Shown here: positions 48,282-62,005 of the stretch, piece after piece
Layout of the letters: each line of letters starts with the position of its first letter
How positions within the stretch are numbered: position 1 is the stretch's first letter
DNA from: Octopus sinensis
Taxonomy: Eukaryota
Assembly (NCBI RefSeq): GCF_006345805.1
Contig: NC_042999.1
Span: forward strand, 52,762,001 to 52,826,000
Direction of reading: 5' to 3'
Length of the DNA stretch: 64,000 nt
Notes under the pieces: generated by a model
What the model was told of the DNA's origin: nothing
Databases searched by the model: none
Seen by the model: the letters and a program-made list of their open reading frames with translations, nothing else
Made by a program: the position numbers and the translations under genes

Positions 48282-49350
48282 TAGGTAATTTTGTCGCCGT
48301 TAAATTCGCTACCGGAAATTTCGTCCGCAGTAGATTCCCTACCGGAAATTTCGCAACAGGTAACTTCTAGTGAGTTTGTTCGAGTAATTTCATCATAGTA
48401 AGTATATTCTATACATGAGACATACGACACACATAGAGTAGTCGTCACATCGAAGTAGTCAATACTGCAAGGAGTGCAATGTTATTGGCATATTTTATTT
48501 GCAAAAGTAATTAAACCGTCATAGTTTTTGATCTGAATGACAAAAAGAATACTGAACCAGTAAAAGAACACATTTTTGTAGTTTTAACTATTCAATATGC
48601 ATTTAATGCGATAAACAACACATTACAAATTCAATATTGTTCAAAATAACAAACTTATAGCACAGTACATTACAAATTATAGCTTGAAATAACGAATTTT
48701 AACACAAAATTTCATTGAAGACGAAAGTGCGAAATACATTCGAGTAATTTTTCGAACAAATCCCAATTTCCATATCCCCTGTGCCACTCAAATTTTGTGA
48801 GCACAAGAATAGTCCACTCCTGAGACAGAGATATGAGCCTTTTCTCTGCAGGGGCATCGCCATTACATGTTTCCACCACGATACTTTTTATTCATAAAAT
48901 ACTTTTTGTTTCTGCATAATTTTATTTCAGGGGTAACACACTTCTCTTGAAAATAATAAACAATATCCGCCTCTGTTCTAAGTGTCTCCATCATGGATGC
49001 AATGTTACAGGAGATTGCTGCCATAATCGAAGAGATCGATAAACTATCCAAATAGAAAACCGATCAGTAAAATATTAAAAAAGAAAACCTAAGATATCCA
49101 AATGCAAAAGAGATGGGTGAAATATTCAAATAGATGGGTAAGAAGTTCAAAAAATATGAATACAAACAGTACTACACAGCGTCAACACGTGGTATTGCGT
49201 AGAATATATTTGTCGACATATATGCGTAAAATATATTCCGCGCAGGCGCAGACAAAAGAGTTCTCCTTTTTGGCTCGGACAGTAGTGGCGAAGTTTACCT
49301 GGGGGTAAAATTACGAGTGGTGAAATGACTGGGGGATATTTATGGGGGAG
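48282..49350 (-). mobile_element. Non-autonomous DNA transposon with subterminal repeats (Merlin/MULE-like)
   Basis: taggtaattt / aaattaccta ends; repeated accggaaatttcg units; internal remnant EADIVYYFQEK..C..WRC.C resembles an ISXO2/Merlin N-terminus. Confidence 0.4.
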
Positions 49351-49459
49351 GAGGAATAAATTACCTAGTACCCTGTCGGGCAACCCCTAATACGTTATTA
49401 TTAATATCAACTACCACCCGACTCAAATGTCTCAGTGACTACATGTAATCATATACCGC

Positions 49460-49920
49460 AACCTAACACCAAGTGAACATTACTATCAAGTATTTCTCAA
49501 AAAACAAACACACAAAAGCAAAGAACACACAGAAACAAGGACCGGAAATCGTTTCAAATTTTGAAACTCGTAATAAACGACTGCAGGAATTAAAATTAAT
49601 ACGACATGAAAGACAATATCCATCAATATTAATAGACAGCGGTCTAGAACATGCCAAAGTAAAAGTTATTCAATAACTACGAAAAGTAAAACTTTATCTC
49701 AGATACACCCAGTTCTCAAAATTTTATTACAAGATACAACCGAAAAAGCAAAGAAGATACTCTGCTACTGAGCACAAGAACAGTCCACTCCTGAGACAAA
49801 ACCCACGTGTAAAACAGGCACTCATAATGTGCGGAATAATCAAAAGCTAAAGATAATCAAAATCCTGCCCACCAGCGCTAAATTACCATTCACAAAGCCC
49901 ACATCAAAGAGATGTAGTAG
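49460..49920 (+). mobile_element. Degraded PLE thumb-region fragment
   Basis: IVSNFETRNKRLQELK....RQYP..LIDSG, homologous to PLEs A-D. Confidence 0.7.
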
Positions 49921-49939
49921 AGCCGTTGCAAAAAGTTTA

Positions 49940-51750
49940 CCTCCTTAGCAAGACTGGATTCATCATGAAAGTATTACATATGTGAAAAGAACAGACAGCA
50001 TAGTACCAAAGGCTGCAGGGAGCAAGCCTGCTACTCACGCAAGATTCCAAGCGTTCCAAAAAACATGTGTTATCTAGGATACTAGCTAAAGTACTGAAAG
50101 AGACTGGAATTGAAATCAGCTCTGTCGACTTACAGAAAAACATTAACATCCTGTATTCTGCAAGAATTCGCAGAAAGATTGCGGGAATAGCAGGCTTGTT
50201 ACCTACAGTCTACCGTACCATGCTATTTATTCCCTCAAACACAAAATTATAATTTTTTTCGAATAGAATATAAATCATCTGTTTTAAATGGATAATTAAA
50301 ATCTCTTTGCAAAAAAATGACCAGCAAATACATGTCCTACTAGCAATTGTTAAATAAGTTCAGTGATGACATCAGGGTGCAAACTGGCCTCGATAAATGT
50401 GAAAAAGATATCTTTAACAGAGGAAAAATTATAGAAATATCTATCGTTAATTTTGACCAACAGAATGTGATAAACGAGTTAGAACCAGCCGAGAACTACA
50501 AATACCTAGGGATATTAGAAGGTGATGGGATCAAACATTAAATGATGAAGGAAATATCACAAAAGAATGTTGTCGCAGGTTAAGGGCAATACTCAAGACA
50601 GCTGAACGCAAGAAACAGGATAAAAGCGATCAATACTTTAGCCAAGCAAGTTGTGACTCACAGTTTCAATATTATTAACTGGTCAATTACTGAAATCAGT
50701 AATCTTGAAAGAAAAATATTAAATTTGTTGACAATGCATAGAATGCACCATCCTAAGGCAGATAAAGAACAACTTTACCTGCCAAGAAGAGAGGGTGGCC
50801 GTGGACTTTTACAGCTGGCATTAACAATGAAGATTGCCGCAATTGGCCTAAACACCTAGCTGAAAAACTCTGACGACTGGATGTTAAAACTTATCCCAAA
50901 GCATGAAAACAAAGACGCCTCATACTCAGTAACAAAACAAGCCAAAGATATATATAAGTGAATTTCAAATACAACAAATTCCAGAATTAGACGCACTAGA
51001 AACAAGCACAGCAGAAGCTAAGCGTACGAAAACCCGTGCTAAAACGGCTGCCTTAGATATTCTTACTGATAAATGGCAAGAAAAATCTCTCAATGGCAAA
51101 TACCCAAAGAGAGCTAATAGTGCCGATGTTGACAAAACCCTTACCTATCAAGTGTCATCTGTCTTAAAATCAGAAAAAAGGGTTTCACATAGCCAAATGT
51201 CAATGCGTACCTACAAGAAACTGCCAGATCAGCATCTTAAAGAACAGCAGTAGTCCAATATGTCATGCATGTCAACAACAAAACGAAACCATCGACAATG
51301 TTTCCTCTATGTGCAGCATTCATGCATCTACAAAATATTTCAACAGGCACGATAGTGCAGCACTATATATTCACTGGGTAATTTGCAAATACTAGGACTA
51401 GCCCCATGATAAAAACCACATCCAGTACTTGAAAATGATCTCATCTCACGCTTTTAGAACTTTACTGTTCAAACTGACATAAAGATATATGCGAATACCT
51501 CATTGATATGATGTGTCTATCGAGGCCTACCAAGAACTGAGCAAGTAAAAAGTTCGTGAAACAGAAATTGGAAAAATGTGGGACTTCAAGACTTAATACC
51601 TGTTACTATAAGTGCCCTAGGAATGATAACATGAAGGGCTGATGGCTACCTGTCGCAGTTACCAAGAAATCCACAAATGGAAAAATTCAAAACATAGCAC
51701 TCGTGGGAACCGCTCATATCCTACGTGCAATATTGTTTATGTAATCCCAC
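49940..51750 (+). mobile_element. R4/Dong-like LINE remnants (RT C-terminus + RLE)
   Basis: FSDDI...GLDKC, YKYLGILE, MHHPKADKEQLYLPRREGGRGL, RHD. Confidence 0.8.
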
Positions 51751-52197
51751 AAAACATTTTAATCTGTAAACAATATCAAATTCCTTTTAAAAGTACATAC
51801 TAGCAAACACCTTTTACTGATGTCTTAACCATCACATCATCTTCTTATAATCAAAGTTCTAAATTAAACTTTTAGTATTCTTGTTTTGAGAGATAATTTC
51901 TAGAACAATACTATGTGCAAAACCCAAAATATGACACCCTAGTCATAACACGAATTAACTTCTAACTTGTTGTCTCGAGAGGCCTCGGTGTGAGACTTAG
52001 AGTCAACTCGTAACACTACTCGAAAAATGCAGAAATAAACTCATACAGTAAATACCTTACAAAACTAACAAAGTCCACATCATGTGCCATAGAAGGTCGA
52101 TACCAGACAGAAGAACACAACCTGCGCTACGCAAAGAAAACACAATGCATAACTTAATACAAGAGAAGACACAAACCAAATCCCATAAAAAAACATA

Positions 52198-52980
52198 CTT
52201 ATTTCTTTATTACCCACAAGGGGCTAAACATAAAGGGGACAAACAAGGACATACATAGGTATTAAGTCGATTACATCGACCCCAGTGCGTAACTGGTACT
52301 TAATTTATCGACCCCGAAAGAATGAAAGGCAAAGTCGACCTCGGTCGAGTTTGAACTCAGAACGTAAAGACAGACGAAATACGTATTTCTTTACTACCAC
52401 AAGGGGCTAAACATAGAGGAGACAAACAAGGACAGACAAACGGATTAAGTCGATTATATCGACCCCAATGCGTAACTGGTAGTTATTTAATCGACCCTAA
52501 AAGGATGAAAGGCAAAGTCGACCTCGGTGGAATTTGAACTCAAAACGTAGCGGCAGACGAAATACCTATTTCTTTATTACCCACAAGGGGCTAAACACAG
52601 AGGGGACAAACAAGGACAGACATAGGTATTAAGTCGATTACATCGACCCCAGTGCGTAACTGGTATTTAATTTATCGACCCCGAAAGGATGAAAGGCAAA
52701 GTCGACCTCGGCGGAATTTGAACTCACAACGTAACATAGACGAAATACCTATTTCTTTATTACCCACAAGGGGCTAAACACAGAGGGGACAAACAAGGAC
52801 ATACATATGTATTAAGTCGATTACATCGACCCCAGTGCGTAACTGGTACGTAATTTATCGACCCCAAAAGGATGAAAGGCAAAGTCGACCTCGGCGGAAT
52901 TTGAACTCACAACGTATCATAGACGAAATACCGCTAAGCATTTCGCCCGGCGTTGTAACGTTTCTGCCAGCTCGCCGCCT
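52198..52980 (-). mobile_element. SINE family 2 tandem array (4 body units of ~184 bp + one head)
   Basis: Units start at about 52198, 52383, 52566 and 52749. Confidence 0.9.
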
Positions 52981-53299
52981 TAATAACAAAACATACTGAT
53001 AGAATACAACCCCATCACACACACACAAAAAAAACCGCAGCAAGCACCACCCCACCAGCACCATGGCTCAACAATTGATGCAATAGGAAGTTGCTTGAAA
53101 CTTTCAGATGTCGAAAATAATAGTGCTGATGACGATGGTGATCTCGGTATCTGAGAGACAGGAGTTTCCGAAGAAACTCTGGTTTTAACGGTGAATATGA
53201 AGGTGAACCTTGAAAGGAAGGCCTCTCTCTCGGCAGTGGTTCGGTAAAGATGAAGACTGACTACAACTGTTATCCTAATACAGCATCAGTAGATGATAG

Positions 53300-54960
53300 A
53301 GTAAGGATGATTTAGTGGAGCAGCGAGGAAAACAGGATAGTGATGCAGTGCTACTTAGAAAGTGAACCTAAAAGATAGGGCTTTAGAAAACAGATGTTAA
53401 GGAAGGGACAGTTACTTAAGTGATTTGAGTGAGGAAGATCAGAAACTTTTAGATAAGTTGCAGGAAGTAAAAAAGTAAGAAAAGGATTGACAGCATTAAA
53501 AGGTACCAACAGAAGGAATCTGCTAGAAATGACTAGGAAAGTAGATTCTGTTATCAGTAGGATAGATACTAAAAATATAGGAGACACTAAATTATTGATT
53601 TATGCAGGAAGGCCAGTAGTATCTAGAAGATTAGGTATCTCACAAGGAAAGTTTAAAAATAAGCAAATCGGGAAAAGGAGAATAGAAAAAAAAATGAGAA
53701 CTTTAAGACGAGATGTGAATAGAAGCCTAGAAACTGAACAAGTTAGAAAACACAAGATGGAAATATTTCCTTGAGAAAAATAAGAGGGCTTGGGACAGCA
53801 ATAGAAGATTTGAAACAGAATATCATAGCAGTTGACCCCTTGAATATTTGTCTTAAGTTTGATACCCCTCAGTTTGATATTAAGGAAGACAGGGTATCAG
53901 TTGAGAAATGGTAAGGGAAAATTTAAACATTTGCTCTGCATGGATGATCTGAAGCTTTTTAGTAAGAATGTAAAAGAGATAGATTCCTTAACACAGAGTG
54001 TATGACTCTTCGGCAAATATACAGGCATGGGATTTTGCATTGGTGAGTGTGCAATATGAGTCACGAGAAGGGGACAGATAGTGAAAAGCGAGGACATCCA
54101 ATTATCAGATGGCCAGACATTAAAATCATTGAAAGGAGAGAGTTTTGAAACAAGATGTGAGTAGAATACAAGCCTGAAAATTGGACAAGTATTTAGGAAC
54201 ATTAAAATCTGACAGAGTAATAACTATAGAAATGGAAACGAAAATTGAGGAGTACATCAGAAGGGTGAGGACGCTAGTGAAGTCAAAACTAAATGATCCG
54301 AATCTAGTGAAGGCTGTAAATACTTGGGCAGTATCATTACTTAGATACTCGGCAGGTTTCATAGATTGGACAAAAACTGATTTCAGTTAGACGGAAGAAA
54401 GCTAGACAGAAGGACTAGGAAAAAGTTTAATATAAATGGAGGACTCCACCCAAGGATAGGAGTAGCAAGGTTATACTTACCTAGAAAGGAAGGTGGATGA
54501 GTTAATATCAGTAGAAGACTGCGTGGAGGTAGCTAGAGTATATATAGACTCTTATGTAGGTAATAGTGAAAAAAGATTATTGAAACCTGCTAGAATTACA
54601 GCAAGACATAAGGAAACCAAAAACGCAAACGAGGTTAAAAACCAGAAAAAAAAAAGAAAAAGAAATTATCTGACTGGCAGGAGAAGGTTCTGCATGGCAG
54701 ATTCCTAACGATAGTTTCAGCAAATAGTAGCTAGGAGATATGGCTATTGCTGCAGATAGAAATGTAAAGAGGGAGACAGAAAGTTTGTTAGTAGTGCGGG
54801 TAAAATGTATCCCAGTAGTTATCGGTGTTATAGGATCCATCCTCAAAGATTTTACCACATGGATAGAAGAAATAGTCATAAAACCTAGTTTAGTACAGCT
54901 CCAGGAAACAGTGTTATTAGGGACAGCTAGGATACTTAAGAGGGATGTTGGCATCTAAGG
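53300..54960 (+). mobile_element. R4/Dong-like LINE, internally deleted
   Basis: HLLCMDDLKLF, KSKLN..NLVKAVNTWAVSLLRY, IPVVIG..G..LQETVLLGTARIL. Confidence 0.8.
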
Positions 54961-56235
54961 TTACTTGATATCGCCCTATGTTGGGATTTCCAACAATCTA
55001 ATCTGTTGTGTATATATTTATTTGTTGGTGTCCTTTTGTCTGGGGAGACTGGAGTTACGCATAAAATAATCCGGTCTGGGTTTTACATTTCATGTCATTT
55101 ACATCTCCTGCTGTGGCTGTGTGGTCCTATCCTGGACAAACACTCCCTCTGGTCGTGACGCAGATGTAGCGAATACATTGCCTGGCTGGTTGTAAAGTCA
55201 TAGTTTCTTGTCTTTTCTTGTCTTTCCATTTCTCCTCTCTCTCCTGTCACTCCTTTGTGTTCCCTCTTCTATGGTGAGGCGCTAGTCTCCACGGTTGCTT
55301 TGCAACCGTTTCCCAGTTGCTAATATTGTGTATATACGAAAATAATAATAGTATACGTCTGTATACTCTTTTCAAGTCCATTTGATCCTCTGATGTTTTT
55401 TTTCTGTGGTGGGTGAGGTCGTGAACTTCGAGGGCTCAAGTTGGGGTTGTTCCCGTTCAAGTGACCATCTAATTTGTGCCAATGGATAACTTTTCAACCC
55501 AGGCTGGCTCACTCCTCGTGTTTACAGATTAACCATAGGATAAGGGATTTGGTGAACTGTTGTAGTTTTCCTGTTTGTTACTTAAGACATATTTATGCTA
55601 CATTAAATTATTAGTATTGAACCCCGCGTGGCAGATATGGAGACGGTTGGTGTCTGTCATCATTATCAGCTCTGCCATTAATACTCTTATTGTTCGTCAT
55701 TAGTTACCACCACCAGCATCTTGATCTATATCATTGTAGCTAACATTTGTAGCCACGGCGACAATATTACCGTTATTTAGTTAAGCCTGCCAACTTTGCT
55801 ACTATTAGTGTGTGGTATTATTAAATGTTGTTTAGTTTCGACTTTTGTCTTGTACTTAACCATAAATAGGTAAGGGATATGGGGATAGGAGGAGGAAGAG
55901 AAGGAGGTGGTGAATAGACAGGCAAATGTCACAAGTTTGTAAATAGGTTCAGCCGACGGTGAGAGGAATATCAACAATGGGGCTTCGCATTCCTGAACGC
56001 TTCGAAAACAAAAGAAGCATCACATTCTTACGGTCAACAGAGGTCAAATGTGTTTACTGACACAGCGATCAAAAAGAGCGCAGATCCTGGCCTTGGAAAG
56101 AAGCAACTCACATTGTTCTGCTTTAATTACTGACAGAAATATATATATATATATATTTATTACATTATTGTCTGACAGCGCCTCGCGTCGGGTTCGTTTC
56201 GATTCTCGGTTCGTTCCACTTCTTGTCCCCATTTA

Positions 56236-56359
<124 letters not shown>

Positions 56360-56469
56360 TGGTATTTACACCGTTCAATTTTTCTTTTCATAGATTTTGC
56401 TGTGCTTTAAAGCTCTCGTAATTGTGCAGTTTGTATGTATTCGCAGTTGCTTATTTCCTTCATTAGATC

Positions 56470-57630
56470 TCTACTTAGGTGACACTCCTATGGAAAGTTA
56501 ATGACAAGAGAGGGATTTTCCAAGAAGACTTGTTATCCCCTTTAATCTTTGTCTTATGTTTGAAAGTCAGGGTATCAGTTCAGAAATAGTAAAGGAAAAA
56601 TTAACTATATCAACATAGATGATTTGAAGCTTTTTAGTAAGAATAAAAAGATTCTTTAATGGAAACCGTAAGACTCTTCAGCTATGACAGAGGTATGGAA
56701 TTTGGTATAAATGAGTGTGCAAAGTTTATTAAGAACTACTAAAATAACAGTAGGACATAGGAAAACAAAAGGCAAACGAACTTAAATATCAGAAAAAGTA
56801 CAAAAGTTATCAGATTGGCAAGTGAAAGCTTTCAATGGTAGATTCTGAAAGATAGTTGCAGGAAATAGTAGTGAGACATGGTTACGGTTTTAGAAAGGAA
56901 GGATGAAAAGGTAGACATAAATTTCGTTGGTACAGTACAAGCTGAAGCATTGAGGACTAATTGGATAAAAAACAATATAGACAAAAATCAGGTAGATCCC
57001 CAGTTTAGTTTATGCAAATCAAAAGCGGAAAGTGTAACTGGCATAAAAAGAATATGAGGAATAAGACATGACAACCTTGGGAGAGTAATCCACTGAGTTA
57101 TGAAGAAAGCAAAGAATTCTACATACTGATAAATATTATGAAGATGAACCTAGTAAAGTACTAGAAAGTAAGAAATATAAGGACAGAGTAACAGAAGCTA
57201 GAAGGTTGGATTCAGTAGTAGTAGACAAAGAGAATAGAAAGTGTCAGATAGTTGATTTTACAGATACAAATGATGAGAAAGTCAATATGAGAGGTATAGA
57301 AAGAATAGTAAGGTATCAGGATGTTGCCATTGCGTTATAGAGACTATGGAAAGGGTGGGTAGAATGTATCCCAGTAGTTATCCGTGTTATAGGATCCATC
57401 CTCAAAGATTTGACCACGTGGATAGAAGAAATAGTCATAAAACCTAGTTTTGTACAGCTCCAGGAAACAGTATTATTAGGGACAACTAGGATAGTTAAGA
57501 GGGATGTTGGCATCTAAAGTTACTTGTAGCCTGATGTTAATATTTTTCTCTTTTCTAACAATTGAATTTGTTGTGCGTAACTGAAATAATAATAATAATA
57601 ATAATGATGATGATAATAATAATAATAATA

Positions 57631-57678
<48 letters not shown>

Positions 57679-57704
57679 TAATAATAATAATAATAATAAT
57701 AATA

Positions 57705-57739
<35 letters not shown>

Positions 57740-57990
57740 GTTTGGGAAATACGAAGATTGTAGACGATGAAGAGAGTAGACGTGATACTAATAGTAATGT
57801 GTGCACTTGGAGGTATCAGCACTCGACTACCAACTAAAAGATCGGTGCAAGTGTGAAGGTGGAATACCTACAAAAATCAGTATTACTTGGAACTGCACGA
57901 ATTCTTCGCAGGGTTCTTGAAACCTGGCTTGTAAAACAAGTATCCCCTTAGTCTGCTGGCTGTGGAAAACTGACTCTTTCATTCATATTC
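56470..57990 (+). mobile_element. R4/Dong-like LINE remnants separated by (TAA)n at 57585-57740
   Basis: RGIFQEDLLSPLIF, RHD, LQETVLLGT; a second 3' end lies at 57740-57990. Confidence 0.78.
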
Positions 57991-59046
57991 AGGAAAAATA
58001 AGCAGTGAGTTTTAATACAATAATAACAATAATAACGAAAAGAAGAAAATGAAGAATTGAAGTGGGCCAAAATTTGTTTGTTGTGTGCATGCATGAATAA
58101 AATTTTCTCAAATAGCATTAATATTCCCATCGATGACATCAGTTTTAACACGAACAATGGTAATTCTAAGAATAAAATATTCTTAATGTAAAGTCTAACA
58201 TTTTGCTTCTTTTTACAAAAGCAACAATATCTCCAAAGTGGCAGTAGTAGTTTTATTGTCAAAAACAGCAAAATTAACAGCTGTAGGAGAAAGGTCAAAC
58301 ACAGTGGAAGTTAACGTTTGCACGAGAGTAATGTACATGCATAATTTTGCATCTTAATATTGCAACTGACCAATCAAAGATGGAGTGAATATAGAGTGCA
58401 AGAAATGTTATTTCCCAAGAGAATTATGTTAAACAATGGAAAACAAACATTTAGGTTCCCATTCTATATGGTAGTCGTAAATGAAAATTTTCAAATTAGA
58501 GTTTGAAAAACGTTTGTTTTTATAAAGTAGGTCGGTAATATCATACCAAGAGGAAAATTACCGTTTTATTAGTAGCGTTGACTTACAATTCCAAAAGCAC
58601 GGGACAATTAAAAACATTTCAACAACATCGTGTCAGAAGAGCGAATGATTGAAAATAGCCATAAGATAAAATGATGACCAGAGTACCAGAAAGAGTAGCA
58701 GATGTATTAGGTACTAAACCAGTTCTGGTATCTTGATTGTTAGTGGGAACGGATCTGAGGAATAGTTTTAATAGAACTGTTGAAATGATGGAAGTGCCAA
58801 AATAACATAAGGCTATACAAGATACTCTTTCAATGACAAATAATTTTAGATAAATCCGCAACTCTGGATATTTGGTCGGTGAATAGGAGATACATTAGCA
58901 TTATTACGCTTGTTGAAATTGTTAATTTTCAACAATACCAACATAGGAGTGGTAAACAATAGTTACATATAAATATTGAAACAAGAACACAATTTAAACC
59001 TAGCATAATTATAAAAGTAAGAGACCCTTAAAAAAAATCTTTTTTA

Positions 59047-59430
59047 ATTGTTTCAGTCATTTGACTGTGGCTATGCTGGAGCACATCCTTTAGTCGAGCA
59101 AATCGACCCCAGGACTTTGTAAGCCTTGTACTTATTCTATCGGTCTCTTTTGCCGAACCGCTAAGTGACGGACACATAAACACACCAGCATCGGTTGTCG
59201 AGCAATGCTAGGGTGACAAACACAGACACACAAACATAGACACACACACTTATATATATATACATATATACGACAGGCATCTTTCAGTTTCCGTCTACCA
59301 AATCCACTCAAAAGGCTTTGGTTGGCCCGAGGCTATAGTAGAAGACACTTGCCCAGGATGCCACGCAGTGGGACTGAACCCAGAACCATGTGGTTGGTAA
59401 GCAAGCTACTTACCACACAGCCACTCCTAC
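59047..59430 (-). mobile_element. SINE family 1, full length
   Basis: Matches 5391-5781; 18-bp duplication next to the 5' end. Confidence 0.88.
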
Positions 59431-60175
59431 GCCTATAGCCACTCCTACGCCTATAAAAGACTGTTAACCTTTAGTAGTGTTTGATCTGTTAACCAAATAA
59501 GAAATCCAATGAAGCTCACAGTACGAGGTAATGAATGAAGAAGAGAATAGCTAAATTATTGAGATGCACCAATCAAACCCAAAAGAGAAGCAGGTGCTTT
59601 GGTCCAAAATGACATAAAAGGAGAAAAAAAAAAGCGGAAAAGTTTTAAAGAGAATAAAGTTTCTTTTTTACTGAGAGGAAATAAGAGAGAAACATGCCCG
59701 TAGTTGTCTCCTATACTCGCGGAAAACTTTATATTATCTCAGTGATTACACGGATATTGTCATTAAAAGATTAACCGCATCTCTGATTAGATTAGAAAGG
59801 CTCTTGCTACTGAATAGCTACTAGTTTGGTGGGGACAAACTACATGTAAGAAGTGCGTTGTGAAATTTGAGCCATATGATAATAGCAAGTGGGGCATAAA
59901 CATCAGTAAAGACTAACAGAGTCTGTGCAAACTGCAATGGTGCATTTGCCCATGGGTCTGCGAGGGATAGGCTGGTCTGTAATGCATTTTAGCGACCAAT
60001 GCTTTGATATTGAATGATAGAGCCTATCCTTAGTGAAACAAAAAGACAGAAAGGTTTTTCTGGGAATAGACAGAACAGCGGATTGTTGTAGATTTACAGT
60101 GTATGCAGTTTTTACACGAGGATCAGCTTACTCGGCAATGTATGTAGGATTCTGTTTTGGGTTGGATTTCATTGG

Positions 60176-60256
<81 letters not shown>

Positions 60257-60308
60257 AATTCCGCAAGAACTTTCTTGACAACCTTATATATATATATATA
60301 TATATATA

Positions 60309-61543
60309 AGGTTGTCAAGAAAGTTCTTGCGGAATTTTTATTTTAAATGATGTATTTTGAAATTAAATTTCGTTAAATTACTTTGACTTTATATATCATT
60401 TTAAAGCCTGTTTTCCGCTCTATCTAATCGTGTTACTCTTTCTCTGAGTAATTCGGTCATCTTTCCGGAACGTTGAATACCACATGGACAAAAAGCAGAT
60501 TCGCACCATTTTCTTATTCCAGTTCAAGCTAGGCTGAAAAGCTGCTGAAACAGCTCGCGATATCAACAATGCGTTTGGCCCAAAAACCACTAATGAACTT
60601 ACAGCACAACGGTTGTTCAAGAAATTTCGTAGCGATGACGAGATTCTGTAGTGCTGGATGTTGACGACGATCAACTAAGTGCCTTAGTAGAAGCCAATCC
60701 ACGCAAAACTGTTCGAGAGCTTGCTTCTGAATTACACGTAACGTATACGACAATTTCCAACCACTTGAAAGAGATTGGGAAAAGAAAAATACTTGAGAAA
60801 TGAGTGCCGCACAAATTGAACGACAACAAAAAAAAAAAACCCAAAAAACCCGCCGTTTTGAAGTGTCGTCTTCCCTTCTTTACGCAACAAGAACGACCCG
60901 TTTCTCGACCGGATTGCGACTTGCGATGAAAAGTGAATTATTTACGACAACCAGCGACACTCAGTTCAGTGGTTGGACACCGACGAAGCTCCACGACACT
61001 TTCCGAAGACAAAGTTGCTCCAAAAGAAGGTCATGGTGGCTGTTTGGTGGTCTGCGGCCGGTCGCATCTATCACAGCGTTTTGGATCCAGGCGAACCCAT
61101 TACGCAAATGGATGAAATGCATAAGAAACTCCGACAACATCCAGCATTGGTCAATAGAAAAGAACCAATTCTTCTCCACGACAACGCTCGGCTGCATGTC
61201 GTACAACTGACCCTGCAAAAGTTGAACGAATTGGGCTACGAAACTCTACCTCGTCCGTAATAATTCCTAGACCTCTCGCCTACCGACTACCACCTTTTCA
61301 AGCATTTCAACAACTTCCTGCATGAGAAATGCTTCAAAACACAAGACGATGCCAAACACACCTTCAACGATATCATCGCCACCAGAACGCAGGGTTTTTA
61401 CGTTACTGGCATAAATAAACTTCTTTTGCATTGGCAAATGTGTGTTGATTCTGATGGTGTTTATTTCGATTAATAAAGTTTTGTTAGAGGCGAGATATGT
61501 GCATCTGAATTTAAAGGTTAAAAACCGCAATAACTTTCTTGAC

Positions 61544-61547
<4 letters not shown>
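60309..61547 (+). mobile_element. Mariner-like transposon, full length but pseudogenised
   Basis: TIRs gttgtcaagaaagtt / aactttcttgacaac within (TA)n; MDKKQIRTIFLFQFKLG, IATCDEK, LLHDNARLH, PDLSPTDYHLF (DD34D-type motifs). Confidence 0.92.
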
Positions 61548-61583
<36 letters not shown>

Positions 61584-61716
61584 TCTTTTTACCTGATGTC
61601 TTAGTAGCCTCTAAGGTGAAGTGAAAACAGCATGGACTTAATCTTCTTACCCTCTTAATGGATTTAATTAAAATTATACAACTGTGTCCGACTCTATAGA
61701 TTAATTCTATTTACTT

Positions 61717-61804
61717 ATGCAGCTGAGGATAACCCTGCATTTATTGTGATGTAATGGTTGCATTGTTCAATTAAATGTAATCGCTTGAAACGGTCGTACT
61801 GCAT
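61717..61804 (+). ncRNA. Type I hammerhead motif with a long stem II insertion (solo PLE terminus)
   Basis: atgcag-CTGAGGA-[57 nt]-GAAAC-ggtc-GTA-ctgcat; homologous to 37199-37285. Confidence 0.6.
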
Positions 61805-61969
61805 TACCTCTGGATATCCTGTTGCTTATTTGGTCATAGATTAATTCTATGAGAGATAGATAGATATGCCATAACAAAGTAATGAGATAAATGACAACAC
61901 CATTCTGAGTCGCCATGATTGACCGCTAAAACCACAAGTTTTTTATTCTCTGTTTATTTCATCGTGTTA

Positions 61970-62005
61970 CTTTCTGTTGAAGAGCTTAGGCTCGAAACGT
62001 ATAAG
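61970..62005 (+). ncRNA. Variant minimal hammerhead motif (CUGUUGA core)
   Basis: cttt-CTGTTGA-a-gagc ttag gctc-GAAA-CGT-A-taag; palindromic ACGT stem III. Confidence 0.45.

Noticed and set aside
52198-52980. CRISPR-like array or prokaryotic system
   Set aside because: Units are whole SINE bodies without unique spacers; the window is eukaryotic and has no cas-like ORFs.
57948-58298. Hydrophobic ORF as an alternative signal-peptide exon
   Set aside because: Starts at TTG, is AT-rich, and lacks a fitting donor; 46964-47044 fits much better.
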